From an uncultured virus (IMG/VR IMGVR_UViG_3300021091_000002) (Duplodnaviria; Heunggongvirae; Uroviricota; Caudoviricetes): a stretch of DNA of 64,000 bases. Location: the IMG/VR virus record IMGVR_UViG_3300021091_000002. One strand, given 5' to 3'. A program made the translations under genes and the position numbers. Each line of letters opens with the position of its first letter. Position 1 is the stretch's first letter. Shown piece after piece: positions 27,776 through 37,038 of this stretch. Under the pieces are notes generated by a model. That model was not told the origin of the DNA, ran no database searches, and saw only the letters and a program-made list of their open reading frames with translations.

Positions 27776-28359
27776 GAGAAGATAGGTTTTTCCCGTTAGG
27801 CACTATCCCAGAGTATTGTACTGCCGAGTGGTATTTAGACCGCGAGATCGCACCACATGTTGACCAAGAAATGCACCGACCTCGCTTAAACACCGCGGCA
27901 CAATTTGTAATGACCGTATGGTCACCAGAGCTGACTGTTGTTGACCTAGGTTCTGGTGATGGTGGGCTCTTATCACTTCTAACAGAAGTCCCCAAAGCTC
28001 AAAAATGGGGGTATGACCTACAACCATCAAATGTGGCTGGAGCAGTAAATCGAGATCAGGATGTTCGCTACGGTAGTGTATTCGATCCTATTGATTGGGC
28101 GGATATCGCTATTGCCACAGAGATGATTGAACATCTAGCAGGACCACACCAGTTTGTAAATATGGTTAGTCAGAAGAGCAAATACCTAATTGCTAGTTCT
28201 CCTTGGACAGAAAGTGTCAACAACCACTACGAATATCATGCTTGGGCATGGGATGTAGAAGGATACGCTCGTATGCTTGAATCCAACGGGTGGAGAGTTG
28301 TACGGCACGAAACGCCTGGTAATTTCCAAGTAGCACTATGCGAATCGGTAAACGTATGA
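27772..28359 (+). CDS. class I SAM-dependent methyltransferase
   Basis: VVDLGSGDG, EMIEHL. Confidence 0.85.
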   Translation: MREDRFFPLGTIPEYCTAEWYLDREIAPHVDQEMHRPRLNTAAQFVMTVWSPELTVVDLGSGDGGLLSLLTEVPKAQKWGYDLQPSNVAGAVNRDQDVRYGSVFDPIDWADIAIATEMIEHLAGPHQFVNMVSQKSKYLIASSPWTESVNNHYEYHAWAWDVEGYARMLESNGWRVVRHETPGNFQVALCESVNV

Positions 28360-29222
28360 AAAAAGCTCTAATTACTGGATACGCCGGGTTTGTTGGACGG
28401 CATTTTGTTGAAAAACTTGAAGGTTCATATGATCTAACTTTAATTGACATTAAAGATGGAAACGATTGTAGAGATTTCTTTAAAGTAGACGACACCAAAT
28501 TTAATTTAGTAATTCATTTGGCCGCAATTGTAGGTGGAAGAGCCACAATAGAAGGCAACCCGCTGAAGGTAGCAACTGACCTTGCTATTGACTCCGACAT
28601 GTTTCAGTGGGCTCTACGCACACGCCCAGACAGAACGGTGTACTACTCTTCTTCAGCTGCCTACCCAACGGCATACCAAACCCATACTATGAAGTATGCT
28701 CTCCACGAAAATCACATTGATCTGGACTCTGTTATGTCACCGGATCTAACCTACGGATGGGCAAAGCTCACAGGAGAGACCTTGGCTAAATACGCCAGTA
28801 ACGAAGGTCTTCGTGTTCATGTTTTCCGCCCGTTCTCTGGATACGGGGAAGACCAAGATCTGGATTACCCGTTCCCTTCATTTATTGCGCGAGGAAAGCG
28901 TAAAGATAACCCATTTGAAATTTGGGGTACTGGAGAACAGGTGCGGGATTTTATACATATTGATGATGTAGTTAACGCTACTTTAGAAGCAGTTAAGCAA
29001 GACATACAAGGCCCCGTCAATCTAGGGTGTGGGAGAGCAACAAGTTTTAATGAACTTGCTAGCTTGGTAGCAAAAGAAGCTGGGTACATACCAGCTATTA
29101 CTCATATATTGGGCGCACCTGAAGGGGTGTCATACCGAGTATGCGATCCTTCAAAGCTTTTTACGTTCTATATCCCCAAGATATCCCTAGAAGAAGGCAT
29201 ACGACGAGCTATTCGTTCCTGA
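28356..29222 (+). CDS. NAD-dependent nucleotide-sugar epimerase/dehydratase
   Basis: ITGYAGFVG, HLAA, SSSAAY, YGWAK, RDFIHIDD. Confidence 0.92.
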   Translation: MKKALITGYAGFVGRHFVEKLEGSYDLTLIDIKDGNDCRDFFKVDDTKFNLVIHLAAIVGGRATIEGNPLKVATDLAIDSDMFQWALRTRPDRTVYYSSSAAYPTAYQTHTMKYALHENHIDLDSVMSPDLTYGWAKLTGETLAKYASNEGLRVHVFRPFSGYGEDQDLDYPFPSFIARGKRKDNPFEIWGTGEQVRDFIHIDDVVNATLEAVKQDIQGPVNLGCGRATSFNELASLVAKEAGYIPAITHILGAPEGVSYRVCDPSKLFTFYIPKISLEEGIRRAIRS

Positions 29223-29236
29223 AAGCTGAAGTTTCA

Positions 29237-29310
29237 GCCGGATGGTGCGTCCGGTTGACGCAAGGTGTCTTATAAACACCCGTAGACGGGTTCAACTCCC
29301 GTATCCGGCA
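29237..29310 (+). tRNA. tRNA-Ile (anticodon UAU), CCA not encoded
   Basis: GCCGGAT/ATCCGGC acceptor, anticodon arm GGTGT-CTTATAA-ACACC, T arm ACGGG-TTCAACT-CCCGT. Confidence 0.85.
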
Positions 29311-29327
29311 CTGTTATAATTGATAAC

Positions 29328-29492
29328 ATGGTTGTTACTTACACTATCAGCACTCCAATGATGCACGATGCACGTAGCATTGCTATGCGCCGTGCTACGG
29401 CAGAGGGCTGGGGTAGAGTGTCAGTAACTAACGTAAAGCAAGTTGGCGCACAAGCTTACGAAGTTACTTTGATAGTTTCTAAGTACTCATGA
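29328..29492 (+). CDS. small hypothetical protein (54 aa, probably leaderless)
   Basis: TGTTATAAT 7 nt before the ATG; ATGA overlap with next gene. Confidence 0.55.
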   Translation: MVVTYTISTPMMHDARSIAMRRATAEGWGRVSVTNVKQVGAQAYEVTLIVSKYS

Positions 29493-29620
29493 GCGACGAA
29501 AAGCAGTGTGATACCTCGACACAGTGTGTTTACTGTGGTGGTCAGCTGGTTCCAGAACATGCACACTATAAGTGTAAAGATTGTGGTAGACGTGACGCAT
29601 GCTGTGAAGGAGTATATTGA
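29489..29620 (+). CDS. small zinc-ribbon protein (43 aa)
   Basis: CVYCGG..PEHAHYKCKDCG...CCEG. Confidence 0.7.
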   Translation: MSDEKQCDTSTQCVYCGGQLVPEHAHYKCKDCGRRDACCEGVY

Positions 29621-30789
29621 TTAAAAAGCTATTTGGAAGAGTCATAAGTGTCTCAAAATGGTCTTTAATAGTTTTATCAATATTCCCAGTTAGCTCTGCT
29701 AAAGCAGAACCAGTGACTTACACCGTAACAGGGGCTAACGATCTGTGGTTCACGTACACAGAACCTTCTGATTTCAAGGTACGTACTTATGCATGGCAGT
29801 ACGGTATTGACTCGATGCTATGGCTATACGACGCGCAAGATAACCTAATTGCTCAAAACGACGACTTCTTTGGTTTGGATTCATGGATTGAAGTACCCGT
29901 ACAACCAGGTACGTACAGGTTGCGTACTGGGGTATGCTGTGGAGATCCAAACAGGTGGTATGGTACTAGCTATACTGTAGAGCTAAACACCACCCCAACG
30001 AACACTCCTGAGACGACAACGACATGGCCGGAAACTACAACATCCACAACTTCAACGACGACGAGTACTACCACTGCCCCAACAACGACTGTGCCTGTCA
30101 CGGAACCCCCGGTTACTACGAGCACCTCAACGTCTACGGAGGCCCCGACCACTACGGAAATGCCGACCACTACGGAAATACCGACGACCACGGAAATACC
30201 GACCACTACGGAAATACCGACAGCGCCCAGTATTCCCATTGTGATTCCCCCGACTCTCCCTTCTACTACCACTACTACCACTACAACAACGGTCGTCTCA
30301 ACGTCTACGAGCACCTCCATACCGGAGTCAACCAGTTCGTCTACCAGCACGCCCACAACAACGACTGTGCCTGTGGAGAATGGCCCTCAGGTATCTGAGG
30401 AAGAGCTACTAAATCTCTCAGACGAGGAACTCACCGATCTAGTAGAATCTATAGAGATAAGTGAACTAACTGAGGAAGCAATTGCCGCTGTATTCAGCGA
30501 AGAAGTACTTAGCGAACTATCTGTAGACCAGGTAGAAGCACTAATTGACGCAATTGAGCCCGAAACATTGTCTGATGAACAAGCTTTAATACTGTCTGAG
30601 GCTTTAACTAACGCCCCAGATAGCGTAAAAGAAGAGTTTGAATCTGAAATAGATGTTTTTGGTGGCCAGTTTGACACATACGTACCCATTGGTTCTACGG
30701 TGTCCGTAGGCGCACGACGAGTAGTAGTTGCTGCTGCGGCAGCAAGTTTTGCAATGCCAACCCCCACTAGCTCAAGGAAAGTTAGATGA
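29617..30789 (+). CDS. secreted/membrane-associated protein with PPC-like beta domain, Thr-rich mucin-like stalk and acidic helical domain
   Basis: signal peptide (SSAKA-E), DSMLWLYD...NDD..GLDS, PTTTE repeats. Confidence 0.75.
   Translation: MIKKLFGRVISVSKWSLIVLSIFPVSSAKAEPVTYTVTGANDLWFTYTEPSDFKVRTYAWQYGIDSMLWLYDAQDNLIAQNDDFFGLDSWIEVPVQPGTYRLRTGVCCGDPNRWYGTSYTVELNTTPTNTPETTTTWPETTTSTTSTTTSTTTAPTTTVPVTEPPVTTSTSTSTEAPTTTEMPTTTEIPTTTEIPTTTEIPTAPSIPIVIPPTLPSTTTTTTTTTVVSTSTSTSIPESTSSSTSTPTTTTVPVENGPQVSEEELLNLSDEELTDLVESIEISELTEEAIAAVFSEEVLSELSVDQVEALIDAIEPETLSDEQALILSEALTNAPDSVKEEFESEIDVFGGQFDTYVPIGSTVSVGARRVVVAAAAASFAMPTPTSSRKVR
30145..30220 (+). repeat. 18-bp tandem coding repeat encoding PTTTE(I/M)
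   Basis: CCGACCACTACGGAAAT x4 plus a partial copy. Confidence 0.85.
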
Positions 30790-30965
30790 TTAAGAAATTC
30801 TTTAAAGAAACGTCTTCGCTGTCATGGACATTGGGTGGAACAGCCCTAGTATTAATTACATTAAGTGGGCCCACAAAAGCAATAGGTTTATGGATATCCG
30901 GTGTATCATTAATTATCCACTTTCTCGGTGTCTTTTTTACAAAAGAAATGGAGTCTGAGGAATGA
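30786..30965 (+). CDS. two-TM membrane protein (59 aa)
   Basis: WTLGGTALVLITLSG...GLWISGVSLIIHFLGVFF; ATGA overlaps. Confidence 0.7.
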   Translation: MIKKFFKETSSLSWTLGGTALVLITLSGPTKAIGLWISGVSLIIHFLGVFFTKEMESEE

Positions 30966-31081
30966 AAAAAGCTGTATTATTATTAGCAACATTACTGGCT
31001 CTATCGGCCTGTTCGGACAGATATAGGAACCCTGCAGATGACCCAAGAAACCAATCAACGACAGTTGTACCAGCCCCGTAA
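30962..31081 (+). CDS. small lipoprotein (39 aa)
   Basis: MKKAVLLLATLLALSA-C lipobox. Confidence 0.7.
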   Translation: MKKAVLLLATLLALSACSDRYRNPADDPRNQSTTVVPAP

Positions 31082-31334
31082 GCGCTTATCTCCAGAAGAT
31101 CTAGAGGCACGAACCAGAGCGGTGGTTATTATGACACTTGCCGGAGTACTTCTATTCAGTGTATGCGCTTTACTATATTCATTAATCTTTGTGTATCAAC
31201 CTGCGGAGCAGAGTCCAAATGATGCGGCATTTCTTAAAATACTTGAGCCTCTCATGTTTAGCATTGGCGGCGCCCTTACTGGCTTGGCTGCTGGGCGTGC
31301 TATGTCTTCTGGTAAAAAAGAGGATAGCGAGTAA
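31038..31334 (+). CDS. two-TM membrane protein (holin-like)
   Basis: two hydrophobic segments. Confidence 0.65.
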   Translation: MTQETNQRQLYQPRKRLSPEDLEARTRAVVIMTLAGVLLFSVCALLYSLIFVYQPAEQSPNDAAFLKILEPLMFSIGGALTGLAAGRAMSSGKKEDSE

Positions 31335-31576
31335 TGGAGCCGGTGTACATACCAATTGTGGTCGCTTTAATAGGTGGGCCCGTAATGTGGTTCCTCCATC
31401 GGTTTGATAAGCGAAACACCGAGCAGCACGGACAGAACATGAAGGTCTTAGAGAGAATAGAGCATAAGCAAGACCGCATGGACGGTAAGGTAGACCGCCT
31501 TGATGAGAAGGTAGATCGGTTAGACGGGCGGGTAACTAATCTAGAGGCAGTAAAAACACGAAAGAAAAGTGTATAA
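31334..31576 (+). CDS. single-TM coiled-coil membrane protein (lysis-cassette-type)
   Basis: IPIVVALIGGP TM, RNTEQHG, heptad DRLD repeats. Confidence 0.7.
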   Translation: MEPVYIPIVVALIGGPVMWFLHRFDKRNTEQHGQNMKVLERIEHKQDRMDGKVDRLDEKVDRLDGRVTNLEAVKTRKKSV

Positions 31577-31596
31577 TTATTAACACGGAGTCCGAT

Positions 31597-31635
31597 TGGG
31601 GTGGGCTATCTGAGGATGGCCCACCCCACATTCTT
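31597..31635 (+). terminator. probable terminator hairpin
   Basis: TGGGGTGGGCTATC-TGAG-GATGGCCCACCCCA. Confidence 0.7.
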
Positions 31636-31651
31636 AGGCTAAAATGGAACC

Positions 31652-32389
31652 ATGACTAATACAGTTAACTATTCCGTATCTAAGGGCCTGCCGTGGGAGC
31701 GCTTAATCATAGTGCGTGATCAACGTACTCATAGAATTATTTTTCCTACATCAGCACGCGGCAGCATCAAGACAAGTACTACTGGCCGCAAAGAATTCAA
31801 TGTAACCCTTACAGCAGAAGGTGGCATACTACTTGGATTAACCGAGGAAGACACCACAGGTCTACCGAACGGTAACTTAGAGTACGATGTTTTGGCAACT
31901 TATCCAAGAAAAGCTCCATATTCAGGAGCTAGCAAAGAGGTAACCAGACCTGTTGCTCGGGGTACAATTACTGTTACAGGGTTGGAGAATATTACTCCAT
32001 TGGAGGATACGCAGGCTATGGAAATTAGGTTTAAACAGCGTGTGGACTTCCGTAGAACCTTTACCTGGAGGGACGGCGCAGGTGCAATTATTTCAGTGCA
32101 AGATGCCTTTATGCAGGCAAAAGACTCCTCTGGGACTACTGTACTTGACCTTCGATGGTATTCGTCTACACCGTCCGAAGCAACAGTTATTGGGTTAACT
32201 GGTAACAGACGTGGTTACCTGGCTCCCTCAACTGGGGCAACTCTAGAGATGCACGTATCTGATAAAAACACCATCTCAGCAGGTATCTACCCATTTGACA
32301 TGTTCGTTCAAGACTCCGCAGGAGACTGGGACTGTTTGGCTTCCGGAACAGTCGTCGTTGAGGCTGCCGTATCAACGTACCCAACATGA
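31652..32389 (+). CDS. virion structural protein with two tandem beta-sandwich (BppU-N-like) repeats
   Basis: repeated YD(V/M)...G.(I/V).V motif in both halves. Confidence 0.6.
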   Translation: MTNTVNYSVSKGLPWERLIIVRDQRTHRIIFPTSARGSIKTSTTGRKEFNVTLTAEGGILLGLTEEDTTGLPNGNLEYDVLATYPRKAPYSGASKEVTRPVARGTITVTGLENITPLEDTQAMEIRFKQRVDFRRTFTWRDGAGAIISVQDAFMQAKDSSGTTVLDLRWYSSTPSEATVIGLTGNRRGYLAPSTGATLEMHVSDKNTISAGIYPFDMFVQDSAGDWDCLASGTVVVEAAVSTYPT

Positions 32390-32712
32390 GCACCGTAGAG
32401 GTAACAAAGTCACCAAACAAGTTTGTTACCGTTACAAAAACCCAAAACATATCGACAATCTCCCAACCGGTTGATCGAGTAGTTGAAATCCGTGATACAA
32501 ACCAGATTGCTATTCCAATTTTTAATTACACCCATACACAAACTGCTGCGTCAGCAACGTGGGTTATACAACACCTACTTAATTATCTCCCAGCGGTAAC
32601 CACGGTTACAACTGAAAAACAAGTCGTATTTGGGGATGTGCGCTATACTGGGGATAAGCAAATCACGGTATACTTTTCAGTTCCTTTTAGTGGATACGCC
32701 TATCTGTCCTAG
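32386..32712 (+). CDS. minor virion/tail protein
   Basis: YTHTQ..AS.TW.I.H.L...P.V...F..PFSG.AYL. Confidence 0.65.
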   Translation: MSTVEVTKSPNKFVTVTKTQNISTISQPVDRVVEIRDTNQIAIPIFNYTHTQTAASATWVIQHLLNYLPAVTTVTTEKQVVFGDVRYTGDKQITVYFSVPFSGYAYLS

Positions 32713-32720
32713 GAGATCTC

Positions 32721-34196
32721 ATGGCGACTAAGTTTTTAAATAACGTAGACCTCAGCCAGAACCAGCTGATTAACGCCAGGTTTGAAGTCATTGCCGGTCC
32801 TGGTGACCCATCAAGTGACAACTTCGAAGGTCGTCTGATTTACAACAGTACTGAAGATGTAATCAAGGTATACACCGGCAGTGCCTGGCGTAAGATGATT
32901 CACAACGTTTCTTCGGGTGGATCGTACTCGGGTTCGCTAAGTATCACCGAAGCTAACGGTACTGTAACCATCACCCCCAACCTAGCTACGCAAAGCGTTG
33001 CTGGTGTTATGTCTGCAAGTGACAAAACCAAGCTAGATGGTATTGAGGCTGGGGCAACCGCGGACCTCACCGCTTCAGAGATCCTAACCCTGCTACTTAC
33101 AGTTGACGGAGCCAGCAGCGCTCTTGACGCCGATCTTCTTGATGGTAGCCACGGATCACATTATCTAGATCGTACCAATCACACTGGAACTCAAGCGGCT
33201 TCCACTATTTCTGACCTGGCTACCACGGTCAAGGCGTACCGTCTTGATGAGTTTGCAGCACCAACAAGCCCTGTTGCCTTTAACAACCAAAAGATTACTG
33301 GACTTGGTACACCAGCTGCCGACACTGATGCTGCTACTAAGGGGTATGTAGACGCAGCCCGATCTGGTTTAGACGTTAAGCAATCGGTTCGCGCGGCGAC
33401 TACAGCATCTGTAACTCTGGCCAGTGATCTTGAGGCTGGGGATACCCTTGATGGTATAACTCTTGTTGCTGGTGACCGTATTTTGGTAAAAGACCAGAGT
33501 ACGGCTTCAGAAAACGGCATCTACACGGTTAACGCTTCGGGTGCTCCAACTAGAGCGACCGATGCGGATAGCGATGCGGAAGTTACGGCTGGCATGTTCA
33601 CCTTCGTTGAAGAAGGTACCGTAAACGCAGACTCCGGCTGGGTACTCACTACTAACAACCCAATTACTGTCGGTTCAACCAACTTGGCGTTTGCCCAGTT
33701 CTCTGGTGCTGGCCAGGTAGTTGCTGGTGACGGACTTACTAAGTCCGGTAACACACTAAACGTAGGTGCTGGAACTGGTATCACGGTAAACGCCGACACC
33801 GTTCAAATTTCAGCAGCTTATTCTGGTCAAGCAACCATTACAACCCTAGGAACCATCACCTCTGGTACATGGAATGGTACTGACATTGCCGTAGCTGACG
33901 GTGGTACTGGGGCTTCGACTGCAGCTGATGCACGTTTTAACCTTGGAGCAACAGTTTCAAGTGCTAGCGTTTCTCTAGCTCAAAAGTACACCACTACAAT
34001 TGGTAATACCAACGCTACTGATTTTACGGTTACCCATAGCCTAAACACCCGAGATGTAGCCGTAACTGTCAGGGAAGTTGCGTCGCCTTACGCGGTAGTT
34101 TACGCTGACGTAGAATGCGCGACTGTAAACGCCATTACGGTTAAGTTTGCAAGCGCCCTAACTAGCACTCAATACCAGGTAACAGTCGTAGGCTAA
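32721..34196 (+). CDS. tail fibre/structural protein
   Basis: MSASDKTKLDGI, RTNHTGTQ, DAATKGYVD, GDRILVKDQ...ENGIY, VTHSLNTRD. Confidence 0.8.
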   Translation: MATKFLNNVDLSQNQLINARFEVIAGPGDPSSDNFEGRLIYNSTEDVIKVYTGSAWRKMIHNVSSGGSYSGSLSITEANGTVTITPNLATQSVAGVMSASDKTKLDGIEAGATADLTASEILTLLLTVDGASSALDADLLDGSHGSHYLDRTNHTGTQAASTISDLATTVKAYRLDEFAAPTSPVAFNNQKITGLGTPAADTDAATKGYVDAARSGLDVKQSVRAATTASVTLASDLEAGDTLDGITLVAGDRILVKDQSTASENGIYTVNASGAPTRATDADSDAEVTAGMFTFVEEGTVNADSGWVLTTNNPITVGSTNLAFAQFSGAGQVVAGDGLTKSGNTLNVGAGTGITVNADTVQISAAYSGQATITTLGTITSGTWNGTDIAVADGGTGASTAADARFNLGATVSSASVSLAQKYTTTIGNTNATDFTVTHSLNTRDVAVTVREVASPYAVVYADVECATVNAITVKFASALTSTQYQVTVVG

Positions 34197-34216
34197 TACA
34201 CAAAAGGCAACAACAG

Positions 34217-35284
34217 ATGGCTAACTTTCTAAAGTCCCTCTTTGTTAAGGGGGTTGAAATTGATACAGCTGGTGCAGCCAATGGTAACGTTCTTTCGTAT
34301 AACGGTACTAAGTTTGTTCCTGCTACACCAGGTTCAGGATCGTTAGCCCTCGATGACCTTTCTGACGTAACGGTATCTTCTCCCAACTCTGGTGAGTTTC
34401 TTAAGTACAATGGTTCTGCATGGGTAAATGACCCCATTGACCTTGGAACCGACACAACAGGTAACTACATGTCTGGGGTGTCAGCAGGTACAGGCATTAG
34501 TGTGACCCATACCCCCGGTGAAGGCTCAACTGCTACTATTGCTGTTGATTCTACTTACACGGGGTTTGTTCCTACTGGAACTGTGGTGCAGTACGCAGGC
34601 CTTTCTGCACCTTCTGGATGGTTGATTTGTGATGGCACGGCCGTATCTAGAACAACATATTCAAACCTGTGGATCGCATTGGGGGAAACCTCTTCCGTGT
34701 GGGGGCAAGGAAACGGGAGCACGACCTTCAATCTGCCCGACATGACCTCCAGACTCCCATATGGTGGGAACTCAGGAGCAGTATCACCAACTGTCACGAC
34801 AATAACAGCCAACACTGATCATAGTCACAATGCTAATTCTGGGTGGGAGAATTCTAACCACTCTCATACGATTAGCGCGAGTTCAGGCAACAACTCCACT
34901 AACCACAACCACTCAATCACATCTAACGCGGGCAACGTAAACGCTGATCATTCCCACAACTGGGGTAACAACACGGGTAATGTGAGTAACGGCCATACTC
35001 ACAACTACACTGGTAATGCTGGCGCTACTAAAACTACAGCTGACATCAACCAAAACCACTACCACTACGTCGGTGGAACCACGTCAGGGATTAGTACTAA
35101 CCACCAACATCCAATTACCTCAAACGCTGGTAACCAGTCGCAGAACCACAATCACATTATTGGTGCCACGGCTGGTATCCAGACGGGGAACCACGACCAT
35201 ACGATTACTATAGCATCGACAAGTTCAATGACACATTCACACACCTTGACGGCAACTCAATTCATCTACATCATTAAGGCATGA
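34217..35284 (+). CDS. tail fibre with collar domain and HxH-repeat tip
   Basis: PTGTVVQYAG..PSGWLICDG..SRTTY..GNGSTTFNLPD; ten HxH motifs; FIYIIKA. Confidence 0.85.
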   Translation: MANFLKSLFVKGVEIDTAGAANGNVLSYNGTKFVPATPGSGSLALDDLSDVTVSSPNSGEFLKYNGSAWVNDPIDLGTDTTGNYMSGVSAGTGISVTHTPGEGSTATIAVDSTYTGFVPTGTVVQYAGLSAPSGWLICDGTAVSRTTYSNLWIALGETSSVWGQGNGSTTFNLPDMTSRLPYGGNSGAVSPTVTTITANTDHSHNANSGWENSNHSHTISASSGNNSTNHNHSITSNAGNVNADHSHNWGNNTGNVSNGHTHNYTGNAGATKTTADINQNHYHYVGGTTSGISTNHQHPITSNAGNQSQNHNHIIGATAGIQTGNHDHTITIASTSSMTHSHTLTATQFIYIIKA

Positions 35285-35994
35285 TTATGGACAGAAAAGT
35301 AGAACGGCTTAGAGATCATCCAGTACATCGAGGAGGAGTAGGCTTCTATCACAAAGACTTATCTACAACGTCGACTGGATTCTTTGCTTTATCTGGAGCA
35401 AGACTAAACCCAGAGGTAGCTGTTGACCCAAGTGGTGTATGGGTTCGTTGCGATAGTGCATCGTATGGTCCGTACGGCTATCATCGTTGGGATGCGGAGT
35501 TAGAAATCTGCAACTGTGGACGTACAGATGAACCAGATCCATCGTTTGGACATCACGAGATCGTACTAGCGAATATCAACTTCGTATTTTCTGTGATAAG
35601 TGCAGTCCCCCACGGTTATGTACTCTACTTCGAACTAAAGAACGAGGTAGATGAAGAAACGTGTATTAGGCAGAGACATTCAGATTGTGCTAGATCTTTG
35701 CAAGAAATCTTTAGACTAATGCTTGAGTGGGACTACGCTTATACGGAGCTAAACAACAGAGAAGAAGTAGCAACATCTTGTCACGGGATCGTCGGGTACC
35801 TAGACATCCCAGAAGATATTAAGTCATGGCTATTGTCTGCTCTACCAGACGAGAAAGTGTCTAAGTTCATCAAGGGAGATCCTAACGCAACAACTCCAGC
35901 GGATAGAACGGAGGTACCTGATCTAGCTTCGGAGTTTAACGAGTGGGTGTGTGAGAAGATTCTACAGTCTAAGCCAATTGGAGGGTACAAGTGA
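35281..35994 (+). CDS. hypothetical protein
   Basis: 237 aa, coupled to the tail fibre gene. Confidence 0.65.
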   Translation: MIMDRKVERLRDHPVHRGGVGFYHKDLSTTSTGFFALSGARLNPEVAVDPSGVWVRCDSASYGPYGYHRWDAELEICNCGRTDEPDPSFGHHEIVLANINFVFSVISAVPHGYVLYFELKNEVDEETCIRQRHSDCARSLQEIFRLMLEWDYAYTELNNREEVATSCHGIVGYLDIPEDIKSWLLSALPDEKVSKFIKGDPNATTPADRTEVPDLASEFNEWVCEKILQSKPIGGYK

Positions 35995-36695
35995 TCAAGT
36001 TTGAGTGGCCAGCAGGTCGTAGTGGTGGGATTCTAGTAGCAGACAATGCTCTAGACGAACAAGTATGTCGTGAGTTTCTTAATTACGCTTCTTCCGTGAT
36101 TGACGTTATCGGACACCAAGGTAAGACAATAAGCGGTGTTAGACTAGATCACAAGAACTCAACAGACATGGTGATTTCACACATTTCGATCCAAGAAGAG
36201 CATCAAATGACTGTACAGCCTATGCTACGGATGTTTGAAGGTGAAGTGATAAGAGCTATTGCAACATGTGTATCTCATTACAGACATCAGATCAGAGCTC
36301 TATGGGAGTGGACAGATATCGTCGATTCAGGTTTTCAAGTGCAACGATATAAGACGTGTGATGGGTACTATCGAGAACACTATGATTCAGCGCCATGGGT
36401 CTCACAGACAGCTAATAGAGTTCTATCTGCAGTCGTCTATCTGAACACTGTCGAGTCTGGGGGAGAGACAGAGTTTCCTCTACACAAGGTTGCAGTGAAT
36501 CCGGTAGTCGGAAGAATATGTCTATTCCCTTCAAACTATACTCATCCGCATATGGGTAACCCGACATATTCGCAGGACAAGTGGATCATTAGTACATTCT
36601 TAAGTAGTCATCCATACGGTACACCTACGAACTTTCAGACGATAGAAGATCTACATTCGACTCATCACCACGATCACAGTCATATTGGAATCTAA
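35991..36695 (+). CDS. 2OG-Fe(II) oxygenase (prolyl-hydroxylase-like)
   Basis: HYD, RVLSAVVYLN..GGETEF, FPS..THPH, KW. Confidence 0.9.
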   Translation: MIKFEWPAGRSGGILVADNALDEQVCREFLNYASSVIDVIGHQGKTISGVRLDHKNSTDMVISHISIQEEHQMTVQPMLRMFEGEVIRAIATCVSHYRHQIRALWEWTDIVDSGFQVQRYKTCDGYYREHYDSAPWVSQTANRVLSAVVYLNTVESGGETEFPLHKVAVNPVVGRICLFPSNYTHPHMGNPTYSQDKWIISTFLSSHPYGTPTNFQTIEDLHSTHHHDHSHIGI

Positions 36696-36713
36696 CTAAA
36701 CAAGGAGAATAAA

Positions 36714-36869
36714 ATGTCCGATGTACAGATTGACGTTAACACCGTAATCGAGTCACTAACAACGCAGATTGCACAGCAGGCTCAGCGTATAGCCATCTTA
36801 GAGGCTACAATTAATGCTATCCAAAAGGCCAAGCAGGAGGTCCCCGATGTTTCTGACAAAGCAAAATAA
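36714..36869 (+). CDS. small coiled-coil protein (51 aa)
   Basis: SD AAGGAG; VIESLTTQIAQQAQRIAILEA. Confidence 0.7.
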   Translation: MSDVQIDVNTVIESLTTQIAQQAQRIAILEATINAIQKAKQEVPDVSDKAK

Positions 36870-37038
36870 AGCCCTAATTGCATCCTACGCTCGTAGCGTT
36901 CTTGGCGCAGGTGTAGCTACTTACACCGCTACCCAGGACTGGAAGCTAACCCTAAACGCTCTTTGGGCCGCTGCCATTCCAGTTGTAATGCGCTTCATCA
37001 ACCCCAAGGACGCTGCCTTTGGCAAGGGGGCCGAGTGA
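36847..37038 (+). CDS. holin
   Basis: two TM segments, NPKD..FG motif, directly upstream of the endolysin; SD AGGAGG. Confidence 0.7.
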   Translation: MFLTKQNKALIASYARSVLGAGVATYTATQDWKLTLNALWAAAIPVVMRFINPKDAAFGKGAE

